Below, one piece after another: positions 48,367 through 58,305 of a stretch of 64,000 nt of DNA (the stretch's first letter is position 1; the number at the start of each line of letters is the position of its first letter). A program made the position numbers and the translations under genes. Under the pieces are notes generated by a model. The model made no database searches. It saw only the letters and a program-made list of their open reading frames with translations, and had not been told where the DNA came from. Source of the DNA: an uncultured Gammaproteobacteria bacterium (GTDB lineage: Bacteria; Pseudomonadota; Gammaproteobacteria; UBA4575); contig CALSUC010000001.1 of NCBI GenBank assembly GCA_943789445.1, forward strand, positions 468,758 through 532,757, written 5' to 3'.

Positions 48367-48471
48367 CTATCGGTAGATAGTGCCGTTCTTAAGGTGTTTG
48401 AATATGTTTAACTGGGCCGCCAAGTTAATCACTACGGCTAGGACAACACATCCGATTACAAGCCATGCCAT
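48367..48471 (-). CDS. 34-aa single-helix membrane small protein (absent from the ORF track)
   Basis: MAWLVIGCVVLAVVINLAAQLNIFKHLKNGTIYR; GGAG RBS 7 nt before the ATG; terminator right after the stop. Confidence 0.6.
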   Translation of the reverse strand: MAWLVIGCVVLAVVINLAAQLNIFKHLKNGTIYR

Positions 48472-48564
48472 ATCTATACTCCATAATATATTCTTGATAA
48501 CGGCCGTTAGTATACACCAGAAAATGGTTCTGCAACCCTTTCAGATGGTCAGTTTGGCTAAATA

Positions 48565-49431
48565 TTAAGATTGGGCTGGTAGTTCAAACAGGATGTTATC
48601 GATTAATCGCACCTTGCCTAGTTGCACGGCGGCTAGCACGATGGCTTGGGTGGTTTCACTTCGAATGGCTTGTAAGTCAGCCGCATCTCTGAGATCGAGG
48701 TACTCGACCTTGAGTGAGGCTTGGTTTAATCGCGTTATAGACTGGTCAAGCAGAGTTGGCAGATTATCTGTTAGTCGTTGTTGCTCAGCCTGCTGAGCAA
48801 CAACCTTCAGCGTAGCGTAGAGCATACAAGCAAGGCGACGTTCTTCAGTAGATAAATGTGCATTACGTGAGCTCAAGGCTAAGCCATCTTCTGTCCGTAC
48901 GGTATCCAGCGCCTGTATCTGGATATTGAAGTTCAGCTCGGAGCTTAGGCGTTGAATAATCAGGAGCTGCTGATAGTCCTTGCGGCCAAACACGGCGATA
49001 TCGGGCTCTATTAGATTAAACAGTTTGCTCACAACCGTAGCGACGCCATCAAAGTGTCCGGGTCTGTGTGCGCCACAAAATTCATCACCTAATAGCGGGA
49101 TATGGATCTTGGGGGCAAGCTCCAAGCCTAATGGGTATAACAAATCCACGGTGGGTTTGAATATAGCGCCAACTCCGAGTGATGAGAGTTGCTGTAAATC
49201 CGAGGCAATACTACTGGGATAGCGTTTCAAGTCGTCGGCATTATCAAACTGTAATGGATTGACGAAGATACTCACTATGACATGGTCAGCCTGTGTCTTG
49301 GCATGCTCAACCAGGGCCAAATGTCCGTCATGTAGATGTCCCATGGTCGGGACTAACGCAATACTTTTCTGGTTACGACGCCATTGTCGAATTTGGGCGC
49401 GTAAGGGACGCGTTTGTTCAATAATATTCAT
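48565..49431 (-). CDS. panC: pantoate--beta-alanine ligase
   Basis: VPTMGHLHDGH, SIFVNPLQF, RPGHFDGV, FGRKDYQQ, RLIDN. Confidence 0.97.
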   Translation of the reverse strand: MNIIEQTRPLRAQIRQWRRNQKSIALVPTMGHLHDGHLALVEHAKTQADHVIVSIFVNPLQFDNADDLKRYPSSIASDLQQLSSLGVGAIFKPTVDLLYPLGLELAPKIHIPLLGDEFCGAHRPGHFDGVATVVSKLFNLIEPDIAVFGRKDYQQLLIIQRLSSELNFNIQIQALDTVRTEDGLALSSRNAHLSTEERRLACMLYATLKVVAQQAEQQRLTDNLPTLLDQSITRLNQASLKVEYLDLRDAADLQAIRSETTQAIVLAAVQLGKVRLIDNILFELPAQS

Positions 49432-49446
49432 ACTAGGGTCTTTGCT

Positions 49447-50238
49447 TTAGCTGGGGAAGTCGCCAGATTTCACTTCAGCGACATAGTCTTGCACCGCTGT
49501 TTGAATGCCGCCTTTTGTTAAATAGTTTTTTGCAAAGCTGGGTGTTTTCCCAGGTGTAATACCAAGGATATCCTGTAGTACTAGAATTTGGCCATCACAA
49601 TCCTTGCCTGCGCCGATACCGATTACTGGGATCGAGACTGTTTGCTGAATCTTGGCGGCCAATGTATGCGTAATGCATTCAACGAGGAGTAAGTCGGCAC
49701 CTGCTTTTTCTAAACTGATGGCATCTTGTAGGATTTGCTCGGCCGATTCACTATCTTGGCCCTGACGTTGATAGCCACCTAACTTATGGATGTATTGTGG
49801 GCGCAGACCAAGGTGGGCGCAGACCGGGATGCCACAGGCACTCATCTCTGCTACGATTTCACTTTGACGTTCAGTTGCTTCCAATTTCACCATCTGTGCG
49901 CCGCCTTCTTGCATTAGGCGGGTGGCATTAAATAGGGCTTGATCGATATTGCTGTAACTCATAAAGGGCATATCAACCAGTACCAACGCACGTTTGCTTA
50001 TCGAACTCACGCAAGCGCTGTGATAAATCATGTCTTCCATGCTGACTGAGACCGTTGAATCATGGCCTTGGATGACCATACCTAGGGAATCACCAACAAG
50101 GATGATATCGACACCCGCCTGATCAAGTACCTGCGCAAAGCTGGCATCATAGGCTGTCAAACAGGCAATTTTCTCACCACGTTTACTCATTGCGCATAAT
50201 TCACTTACGCCGAGACCGTATTCTGCTTGCAGACTCAT
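49447..50238 (-). CDS. panB: 3-methyl-2-oxobutanoate hydroxymethyltransferase
   Basis: LTAYDASFA, LVGDSLGM, IGIGAG..CDGQILV. Confidence 0.97.
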   Translation of the reverse strand: MSLQAEYGLGVSELCAMSKRGEKIACLTAYDASFAQVLDQAGVDIILVGDSLGMVIQGHDSTVSVSMEDMIYHSACVSSISKRALVLVDMPFMSYSNIDQALFNATRLMQEGGAQMVKLEATERQSEIVAEMSACGIPVCAHLGLRPQYIHKLGGYQRQGQDSESAEQILQDAISLEKAGADLLLVECITHTLAAKIQQTVSIPVIGIGAGKDCDGQILVLQDILGITPGKTPSFAKNYLTKGGIQTAVQDYVAEVKSGDFPS

Positions 50239-50243
50239 GCTTA

Positions 50244-50894
50244 TTAGCTCGCGAAGGGTAGCGGATTAAAGTAATGCCGGCCGCTAGTAGTATTTAGGAT
50301 TTGTGTCTTGAGTTGCTCATAGTCACCTTCATTGTTAATAAAATCAATGTCAGCAGCATTGACGACTAAGAGAGGGGCTGCCGAATAGTGGTGAAAAAAG
50401 TTGGCATAAGCCTCATTTAGGCGTTCTAGATAAGTAGGTTCGATATGGCGCTCTATGTGACGTCCACGTTTTTTGATGCGCTCCATTAGGATATTCACCG
50501 GTGCTTGTAGATAGACCACTAGATCGGGGGTTGGTGCATCGATAATCAGGTGTTCAAACACTTGCTGGTAAAGATCATATTCAATTGGTGAGAGCGTAAC
50601 TTGAGCGAATAGCTGGTCTTTCTCCAATAGATAGTCAGCTACCTTAGTATGATTGAAGATGCTGCTCTGGCGTAAGCCCTGCATTTGCTTGGTGCGTTGT
50701 ATCAAGAAGAACAGCTGCGCCGATAGCGCCGCTTCACTGGGACGTTGATAGAACTGGTCAAGGAATGGGTTTTCTTCTATTTCTTCGCGTACTAATTCTG
50801 CTTCAAAGTCGAGTGCGATACGTGAGGCCAGACTTGATTTCCCGACACCTATCGGTCCCTCTATAACAACGAAATCTGGCAGTGTTGAACCCAT
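50244..50894 (-). CDS. deoxynucleoside kinase family protein
   Basis: VVIEGPIGVGKSSLA, ENPFL..FY, QLFFL, PDLVVYLQAP. Confidence 0.92.
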   Translation of the reverse strand: MGSTLPDFVVIEGPIGVGKSSLASRIALDFEAELVREEIEENPFLDQFYQRPSEAALSAQLFFLIQRTKQMQGLRQSSIFNHTKVADYLLEKDQLFAQVTLSPIEYDLYQQVFEHLIIDAPTPDLVVYLQAPVNILMERIKKRGRHIERHIEPTYLERLNEAYANFFHHYSAAPLLVVNAADIDFINNEGDYEQLKTQILNTTSGRHYFNPLPFAS

Positions 50895-50911
50895 AATATT
50901 TTTCTTTTCGG

Positions 50912-51412
50912 CTATTCTTCTAGTAACGCCAATCCATTGGCATAGCATTTTTGAGATAGGCGATCGACTCTACCTACACCAGCGATGATGAGGTTTTTAT
51001 CTATTTCTTGCAATGGGTAGAGTACGAATTCGCGCAGACGTACACCTGGATGGGGGACATTTAGGCGCGTGCTATTAATTTTCTTGTTGCCGAAGCTGAG
51101 GATATCTAAATCTAATGTGCGTGGCCCCCAATGTTCACCTAAACGTTCGCGACCATGCTGGTTTTCAATCGACTGCAGATGGTTAAGCAGTTCTTCAGCC
51201 TCTAAATGTGTCTTGATGCTGGCGACGGCATTGACGTAAACCGGTTGGTCAGGTGGGCCCATCGGTCGACTCAGATAAAGTCCAGAATGCTGCTGTAAAT
51301 CACTTTCAGGGAGTAAGGCTAATTCACGTAATGCAATGGCAATCTGGGTGATAGGATTTTGTAAATTACTACCTAATCCAATGTAAGCAAGTGTCCGGTA
51401 ATTCTTTTTCAT
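50912..51412 (-). CDS. folK: 2-amino-4-hydroxy-6-hydroxymethyldihydropteridine diphosphokinase
   Basis: AYIGLGSNL, YVNAV, WGPRTLDLDIL, PHP. Confidence 0.97.
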   Translation of the reverse strand: MKKNYRTLAYIGLGSNLQNPITQIAIALRELALLPESDLQQHSGLYLSRPMGPPDQPVYVNAVASIKTHLEAEELLNHLQSIENQHGRERLGEHWGPRTLDLDILSFGNKKINSTRLNVPHPGVRLREFVLYPLQEIDKNLIIAGVGRVDRLSQKCYANGLALLEE

Positions 51413-51432
51413 ATTGATTTTAACGAGTCGAT

Positions 51433-52755
51433 CTATTCAGATTTGATGTTTTTCTGATTACTTTTAGATGCCTTGGATTTTGACTTAGGCTCTCGTCTAG
51501 GCTCTGGACGTTGTTCAATCATTAATTGCTTTTCCGCAGCGTCACATTTCTGGATATCAGTCCACCAGTCCGCTTCAGCTTGAGTGACTTCACCAAGCAG
51601 TGAGCGTAGGCACATGAAATCATAAGCGGCACGAAAGCGAGGATGAGCGATAAAGTCAGGGATCTGACGACCACGGATGCGATCAAAGCGACTCTGGAAT
51701 TTCCATATCTCACAAATGGTGATAGCAAATCGTTTTGGAATGGTCGTATGGCTGGCTTGACGAAAAATCGTATTTCGTCCTGCATCCCAGAGACTTTCTG
51801 GGCTGATCTTGCCATTGTGAGTACGTTGGGTCACGGCATGTTGGAATGGACGCCACAGTAAGACAGCAAAGATGAAGGCTGGGTTGACGCTTTTACCGAT
51901 ATTGATGCGTGAATCCGTACTGCCTAAGGCGCCGACAATAAAATCTTGTAACTGCGGGTCATGGCTCAACTCTTTGTCTGTCATCGGGAACAGTTGTTGA
52001 AACAGGCCATAGTGTTTTAACTCATGAAAACAATTTACGGCGTGGCCACTATGAAAGAGTTTGATGGTCTCATCGAATAGTCGAGCAGAAGAAATATCAT
52101 TCAGTAAATGTGTGCACTCAGCGATAGGCGCTGCAGTGTCTTCTTCAATCTCTAACCCTAGTTTTGCGCGGAAACGCATGGCGCGTAGCATGCGTACCGG
52201 ATCTTCTCGGTAACGCGTGGCTGGATCTCCAATCATACGCAAGTAGCGGTTCTTTACCGCATCCATACCTGAGCAGAAATCTAACACTGCGGACTCAGCT
52301 AAGTCGTAGTAGAGCGCATTGATCGAGAAATCACGCCTTAAAGCGTCTTCATCGATAGTGCCAAACGTATTATCACGTGTGATTTGGCCATTATTGAATT
52401 GGGTATTTGGGCTGCTGCCATTGCCTGAGACCTGCGCACGAAAGGTCGAGACCTCAAGAAATTCACGACCATAATAGACATGAACAATTTGGAAGCGGCG
52501 GCCAATGATGCGACTGCGATCAAATAGGCTGCGTACTTCTTCCGGTGTTGCATTGGTTGCAATATCAAAATCTTTTGGCGTGATATTGAGTAAGAGGTCA
52601 CGCACACAGCCGCCGACTAGATAGGCTTGATATCCTTTATCAGTCAGGGTGTTGACGACACGCTTTGCGTGCTTACAGATCTTCTGTTCGTCGATGTTGT
52701 GCTCTTGCGCGAGGGTTTTTTTGGGCAAGGTTGATTGCTGTATGTTTGTATTCAC
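51433..52755 (-). CDS. pcnB: poly(A) polymerase I (start uncertain)
   Basis: YLVGGCVRDLLL..PKDFDIAT, DALRRDFSINAL, RYREDPVRMLRA, HPRFRAAYDF. Confidence 0.96.
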   Translation of the reverse strand: MNTNIQQSTLPKKTLAQEHNIDEQKICKHAKRVVNTLTDKGYQAYLVGGCVRDLLLNITPKDFDIATNATPEEVRSLFDRSRIIGRRFQIVHVYYGREFLEVSTFRAQVSGNGSSPNTQFNNGQITRDNTFGTIDEDALRRDFSINALYYDLAESAVLDFCSGMDAVKNRYLRMIGDPATRYREDPVRMLRAMRFRAKLGLEIEEDTAAPIAECTHLLNDISSARLFDETIKLFHSGHAVNCFHELKHYGLFQQLFPMTDKELSHDPQLQDFIVGALGSTDSRINIGKSVNPAFIFAVLLWRPFQHAVTQRTHNGKISPESLWDAGRNTIFRQASHTTIPKRFAITICEIWKFQSRFDRIRGRQIPDFIAHPRFRAAYDFMCLRSLLGEVTQAEADWWTDIQKCDAAEKQLMIEQRPEPRREPKSKSKASKSNQKNIKSE

Positions 52756-52874
52756 CTCGACATTATAGGTGACTGTAGCTGTGAATAGCACTAAAGCTGT
52801 TCAGAGTTGGTGAAAATATCAGTAGGAAAAGGGTCTACTGCTGCATATATAGAATTAAAGCTTAAAAGAAGGGT

Positions 52875-52913
52875 AAAAAAAAACGGCCCCAGAGTCTCCT
52901 CGGGGCCGCTTTT
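52875..52913 (-). terminator. intrinsic terminator after amtB
   Basis: Minus strand GCGGCCCCG-AGGAGACTCT-GGGGCCG followed by T9. Confidence 0.85.
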
Positions 52914-52936
52914 ATAGTGAATGAAGTAACTCAGGC

Positions 52937-54229
52937 TTACAGGTTATAGCCCTTCTCCTCATGTTCACTGATATCAAGGCCATTAGTTTCAGACTCTTGA
53001 TCAATACGTAAGCCGCAAATTAAATCGGCTGCCTTGAGACAAATGAAGCTGGCAACAGCAGTCCATATAATGACTACACCCACTGCTTTGATCTGAATCA
53101 TGACTTGATCAGAAATACTGACTCCTTCGGCTAGGCCGACTCCTCCAAATTGACTGGCTACAAACACACCGGTCAGGATGGTGCCAATGATGCCGCCAAC
53201 CCCGTGGACTGGGAATACATCTAGGGAATCGTCAATCTTCAAGGTGCGCTTGATAAAGTTGGTAGCGCCAAAGCAGATAATACCGGCACTGATACCAATA
53301 ATGATCGCGCCCATAGGGCCAACAAAGCCTGAAGCAGGTGTGATACTACCTAAGCCTGCGACCATGCCAGTGACGATGCCTAATACGCTAGGTTTGCCGT
53401 ATTTGATCCACTCTAAGAACATCCAAGTGAGTGAGGCTAGAGCAGCACTGATGTGTGTTACTAGGATGGCCATGCCGGCATCACCGTTAGCAGCGAGTGC
53501 GCTACCACCGTTGAAGCCAAACCAACCAACCCAGAGCATGCCTGCACCGGTAACCGTCATGGTTAGGTTATGTGGAGGTAAAGGTGTGGTTGGGAAACCA
53601 TGGCGGTTACCAACCATGATGGCAGCAACTAGTGCGCCTACACCTGCGGTGATATGTACGACTAGCCCGCCAGCGAAGTCCATTGCACCCATATCGCTTA
53701 ACCAACCACCACCCCAGACCCAATGACAGACTGGGAAGTAGACTAAGAACATCCAGAAGACAGTAAACCAAAGCATCGCTGAAAAACGCATGCGTTCAGC
53801 AAATGCACCGACGATCAGTGCTGGTGTAATGATTGCGAAGGTCATCTGAAACATGATAAAAACAGTTTCAGGGATGTTGCCAGATAAGCTGTCACGGGTG
53901 ACGTTGGCTAACATGGCGTTACTATTGCCACCGAGCCAAGCATTCATGCTGCCGCCGTCACTAAAGCTTAGGCTGTAACCTAGGATGAGCCATAAAATAG
54001 AGGCAACACAGGTAATAGCAAAACACTGCATTAGGACAGAAAGCACGTTTTTACTGCGTACTAGGCCGGCATAAAATAGAGCTAGCCCCGGAATAGTCAT
54101 AAATAAGACTAAGGCAGTTGAAGTGAGTATCCAAGAGGTGTCAGCGCCATTAAGCTCATCGGCTATCGCTAGGCCAGGGAGCATAATGCTGGCGAAAGCT
54201 AGGGATAAGAAGATAGTAATCTTTTTCAC
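52937..54229 (-). CDS. amtB: ammonium transporter
   Basis: LALFYAGLV, FQMTFAIIT, DFAGGLVVHI, LWVGWFGFNGGS, FPVHGVGG. Confidence 0.98.
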   Translation of the reverse strand: MKKITIFLSLAFASIMLPGLAIADELNGADTSWILTSTALVLFMTIPGLALFYAGLVRSKNVLSVLMQCFAITCVASILWLILGYSLSFSDGGSMNAWLGGNSNAMLANVTRDSLSGNIPETVFIMFQMTFAIITPALIVGAFAERMRFSAMLWFTVFWMFLVYFPVCHWVWGGGWLSDMGAMDFAGGLVVHITAGVGALVAAIMVGNRHGFPTTPLPPHNLTMTVTGAGMLWVGWFGFNGGSALAANGDAGMAILVTHISAALASLTWMFLEWIKYGKPSVLGIVTGMVAGLGSITPASGFVGPMGAIIIGISAGIICFGATNFIKRTLKIDDSLDVFPVHGVGGIIGTILTGVFVASQFGGVGLAEGVSISDQVMIQIKAVGVVIIWTAVASFICLKAADLICGLRIDQESETNGLDISEHEEKGYNL

Positions 54230-54247
54230 GTTTAGTCCTTTAAATTT

Positions 54248-54604
<357 letters not shown>

Positions 54605-54717
54605 TTATGCTGGATCGGTGCAAGTATGCCATCTGATAGGGCGATTGGCACCTTTGGTGAACAATATGCGTCAGGATAGTGCGGAGTTATAGATATTTAG
54701 ATTGCGTTACCAAGCAT

Positions 54718-55698
54718 CTAATTTGCTTTGACTGCACGAAATAATCCACGGACAGGGGCAGGGTGACCTTCGATAGTCTTGCTGTGGTCGTTGGGGTCTA
54801 GAAAATTTTCTAATGAATAGCTCGTCATCCATGCACTAGCCCGCTGCTCATCTAAGCTGGTTGTGGTTTGATCTAAGCATTCTACATCTTCAAAGCCAGC
54901 ACTCTGGAGCTGATGTTGGATAAAACTGGGGCTAGCAATACTCCATACATTACGCATGCCGGCATAGCGATCTTCTGGCACCAGCTCACAATGCTCTTCA
55001 GTCTCTAAGATTAATGTCTCTAGGTAGAGTGTGCCGCCAGCTTGTAGGCGATCATGCAGTTGGCTTAGATGTTCTTGTGGTTGACGTCGATGGTAGAGCA
55101 CACCAAAAGAAAGCACATGATCAAAGTTGTTCAGACCAGCCGGTAGCTGTTCAAAAGGTAGCGGTAAGAGGTGAGTGTTAGGCCTTTGCTTAAGTGTCTG
55201 AATGATGGCTTGGAACTGGGCTAAGAAGACTAAGCCAGGGTCCACACCAATGACTTGTTCGGCACCAGCACCCAACATACGCAACATGTAATATCCATTG
55301 CCACAGCCGACATCTAAAACACGTTTGCCATGCATATCGCCAAGATGCTTTTCAAAACGACTCCATTTTTGTTGGCACTGCCATTCACTATCGATAGCAA
55401 TACCACAATAATTGAATGGGCCTTTACGCCATGGTGATAAGGTCTTTAAAGCATTCAGGATATCGGCCAACTGCTCTGGGTCTAAGTCATCTGAATGACC
55501 GACTTGAGCGGCGTCTTTAGTGAAGTCAAAGTCTGCACTGATAGCCTTAGGTAAACTATCAACGGCGGCCAACCACTTATTGAAATAGCCATGAGAGGGA
55601 TGAGCAAAGACGGCCTCTAGCTGTTCTGTTAATTCACTCTGCCATGCTGTCGCAGTGAGACCAGTATCGAGCAAGTCACTGTAATGCTCTAACTTCAT
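54718..55698 (-). CDS. cmoB: tRNA U34 carboxymethyltransferase
   Basis: LSPWRKGPF, IDSEW, VLDVGCGNGY, GVLYHRR, RYAGMRNVW. Confidence 0.95.
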   Translation of the reverse strand: MKLEHYSDLLDTGLTATAWQSELTEQLEAVFAHPSHGYFNKWLAAVDSLPKAISADFDFTKDAAQVGHSDDLDPEQLADILNALKTLSPWRKGPFNYCGIAIDSEWQCQQKWSRFEKHLGDMHGKRVLDVGCGNGYYMLRMLGAGAEQVIGVDPGLVFLAQFQAIIQTLKQRPNTHLLPLPFEQLPAGLNNFDHVLSFGVLYHRRQPQEHLSQLHDRLQAGGTLYLETLILETEEHCELVPEDRYAGMRNVWSIASPSFIQHQLQSAGFEDVECLDQTTTSLDEQRASAWMTSYSLENFLDPNDHSKTIEGHPAPVRGLFRAVKAN

Positions 55699-56420
55699 TT
55701 GATCGCCAGTATTGAAACAAAGCTTAGGCACTGGAACCAAACTTGCACTTGACGGAACCCAGCCTGATGTAGGCGTTGTTCATGTGTAGCTAGAGACTCT
55801 CGTAATAAGACATTTTCTAAGGCCTTACGTTTTTGACTGATCTCAAGATCGCTATATAGGTTTGCACGCTTAAAGTTCTCATGCAGTTCACGAAATAATT
55901 GGTCATCGGCAGGCTCTGCCAATTCAATTTTTTCTGTCAGAATGCAGGCGCCACCAGTGTTTAGACCCTGATAAAGTTGTTTGATGATGTCGTCTCGTTC
56001 TGCAATTGGGATGAACTGTAAGGTCAGGTTTAAGACGATCACCGCGGCGTCTTCGATCGGGATGTCTTGTAGCTTGGCTGTTTTGGTCTCTATCCATTCC
56101 TCAGCCCCGGCGGCAGCAATACGGCTACGGCAGGCATCAATCATGGCTGCTGCGCTATCGACTGCAATGATTTTTCTTTTGTCCTCTTTTAATGCCTGGA
56201 AGATCGCAAGAGAGGCTGCCCCATGAGAACAGCCTAAGTCATAAGCCCGACCACCTGGGGTTAAGAAATGGGCTGCAATGGGGCCAATATTGGCAATCAA
56301 AGTGCGATAGCCAGGCACCGAACGTTCGACCATATCATCGAAGGCAGCGCTCACGGTTTGATCGAAGCAAAAGTCTTCGATGGTTTCTACAGGTTGTCGG
56401 TAAATTTCGTCTTTTGGCAT
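55695..56420 (-). CDS. cmoA: carboxy-S-adenosyl-L-methionine synthase
   Basis: FDDMVERSVPGY, YDLGCSHGA, LNLTLQF, NLYSDLEISQKR.ALENV. Confidence 0.95.
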   Translation of the reverse strand: MPKDEIYRQPVETIEDFCFDQTVSAAFDDMVERSVPGYRTLIANIGPIAAHFLTPGGRAYDLGCSHGAASLAIFQALKEDKRKIIAVDSAAAMIDACRSRIAAAGAEEWIETKTAKLQDIPIEDAAVIVLNLTLQFIPIAERDDIIKQLYQGLNTGGACILTEKIELAEPADDQLFRELHENFKRANLYSDLEISQKRKALENVLLRESLATHEQRLHQAGFRQVQVWFQCLSFVSILAIK

Positions 56421-56588
56421 TTTCTAACTGCGGCTAAAGGTGGCCGTATCGATCATTTAATAGTCTGCTGAGTATAGCCTTGTTTGCTTCATTCTGCTGA
56501 CTGACAAGCAGTAGCGAAGGTCCATCATTGTTTGATCAATATTGTATGATGGGGTTATTGAGCCATTATCATGGCCTAGCTAAATACG

Positions 56589-57434
56589 GTGGCCACAGTG
56601 AATAACAATAATACGACTGAGAAGATGCAAGAGCTGTTAACGATCATGCGTCGGCTGCGTGACCCTGAAAACGGCTGCCCATGGGATCAGCAGCAAAGCT
56701 TTAAGACTATCGTACCTTATACGGTAGAAGAAGCGCATGAAGTAGCAGATGCCATATTGCGCAATGATATGCCCGGGCTGTGTGATGAGCTTGGTGATCT
56801 TTTGCTGCAAGTGGTCTATCACGCGCAAATGGCCGAAGAGATTGAGGCGTTTTGCTTTGAGGATGTAGTCGCAGCAATCAGTGCCAAGATGCGACGGCGA
56901 CATCCACATGTGTTTGGTTCGGAGTCGGAATTGGCCGCTGGTAAGCCTGACTGGGAGCAGATGAAAACAGCAGAGCGCAAGCTACAAAGTGATGCATCTC
57001 ATAGTGCGCAAGATGAATCCGCATTAGCAGGTGTTGGCGTCGGCCAGGGCCCCTGGGTGGTTGCGCGCAAGCTGCAGAAGAAGGCGTCAAAGGTTAACTT
57101 TGACTGGCCAGATGCCAAAGGTGTATTACTGAAAGTGCATGAAGAACTGGGTGAGATTGAAGAGGCCATGTTGCAGCTTGAACAGACACCCAGTGTCGCC
57201 TCTGAAGCGGCAGTTGAAGATGAGCTAGGCGATCTGTTTTTTAGTGTAGTTAATCTTTCACGGCATCTGAAATTAGACAGTGGTAATGCCTTACAAAAAG
57301 CGAACCAAAAATTTGAAACTCGCTTTCGTTGCATGGAGCAACAGATCAAGTCGGAAGGGCTGCAGGTATCTGCACTGTCGGTAGATGAGCTGGAACGACG
57401 TTGGCAACAGGCCAAGCGAGAAACACAAACCTAA
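56589..57434 (+). CDS. mazG: nucleoside triphosphate pyrophosphohydrolase MazG
   Basis: RLRDPENGCPWD, DELGDLLLQVVYH, RRHPHVF, second repeat DELGDLFFS. Confidence 0.96.
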   Translation: MATVNNNNTTEKMQELLTIMRRLRDPENGCPWDQQQSFKTIVPYTVEEAHEVADAILRNDMPGLCDELGDLLLQVVYHAQMAEEIEAFCFEDVVAAISAKMRRRHPHVFGSESELAAGKPDWEQMKTAERKLQSDASHSAQDESALAGVGVGQGPWVVARKLQKKASKVNFDWPDAKGVLLKVHEELGEIEEAMLQLEQTPSVASEAAVEDELGDLFFSVVNLSRHLKLDSGNALQKANQKFETRFRCMEQQIKSEGLQVSALSVDELERRWQQAKRETQT

Positions 57435-57454
57435 ATGCTAGAGTCAGTTAGGGT

Positions 57455-58297
57455 TTACGGCCCTTGAAAACGCATCGAGTAATCGATGGCGCGAATATGC
57501 TTGGTCAGTGCGCCAGACGAAATATAGTCCACCTGTAAAGCAGATAGGTGGGCTATTTGATCCCCTTCGATATTGCCCGAGACCTCTAATTCAATTTCAC
57601 CATTAGCCAGAACAACTGCCTGTTCGACCTGTTCGTAACTGAAGTTATCCAGTAAGGCACGATCGGCACCTGCACTCATTGCCTGACGTAACTCATCAAT
57701 ATTCTCGACTTCCACTTCAATACTGCGATCACTGTGTAAGGTGCGTGCTTGAGATACCGCTTGAGTAATCGAGCCGCAGGCTGCGATATGGTTCTCTTTG
57801 ATTAGATAGGCGTCGAATAGGCCAATGCGGTGATTCATACCACCACCGCATAGCACGGCATATTTTTGTGCTCGACGTAACCCAGGGATGGTTTTACGTG
57901 TGTCTAAGAGTTTAGTACGACTATTGGTAGCGATCTGTTGCATGAATTCATGTGTCACTGTCGCTGTTGCCGACAGAGTCTGTAGGAAATTCAGTGCGGT
58001 ACGTTCTGCGCTAAGTAAGGCGTGTGCCGGTCCGTGTAAGTGACAGACCACATCATTAGCAGCTAGCAGATCACCATCATGGTGATGCCAGTCGATGATG
58101 ATGCTGCTATCTACTTGTTGGAAACTTTCTACAAACCAAGCTTGACCACAAAGTATGGCTGTTTCACGGCTAATGATCTTGGCTTGAATAGGCTCGTTTG
58201 AGCAGAGGGCAGCAGTGATGTCACCACTGCCCACGTCTTCTGCTAAGGCTTGCGTCACCGCGAGTATAATCTCTTTTTTTTCGATGACCTTAGACAT
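57455..58297 (-). CDS. nadC: nicotinate-nucleotide pyrophosphorylase (carboxylating)
   Basis: ALAEDVGSGDIT, ERTALNFLQ, LLDTRKT.PGLR, KENHI, IEVEVE. Confidence 0.97.
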   Translation of the reverse strand: MSKVIEKKEIILAVTQALAEDVGSGDITAALCSNEPIQAKIISRETAILCGQAWFVESFQQVDSSIIIDWHHHDGDLLAANDVVCHLHGPAHALLSAERTALNFLQTLSATATVTHEFMQQIATNSRTKLLDTRKTIPGLRRAQKYAVLCGGGMNHRIGLFDAYLIKENHIAACGSITQAVSQARTLHSDRSIEVEVENIDELRQAMSAGADRALLDNFSYEQVEQAVVLANGEIELEVSGNIEGDQIAHLSALQVDYISSGALTKHIRAIDYSMRFQGP

Positions 58298-58305
58298 AGA
58301 GATAG

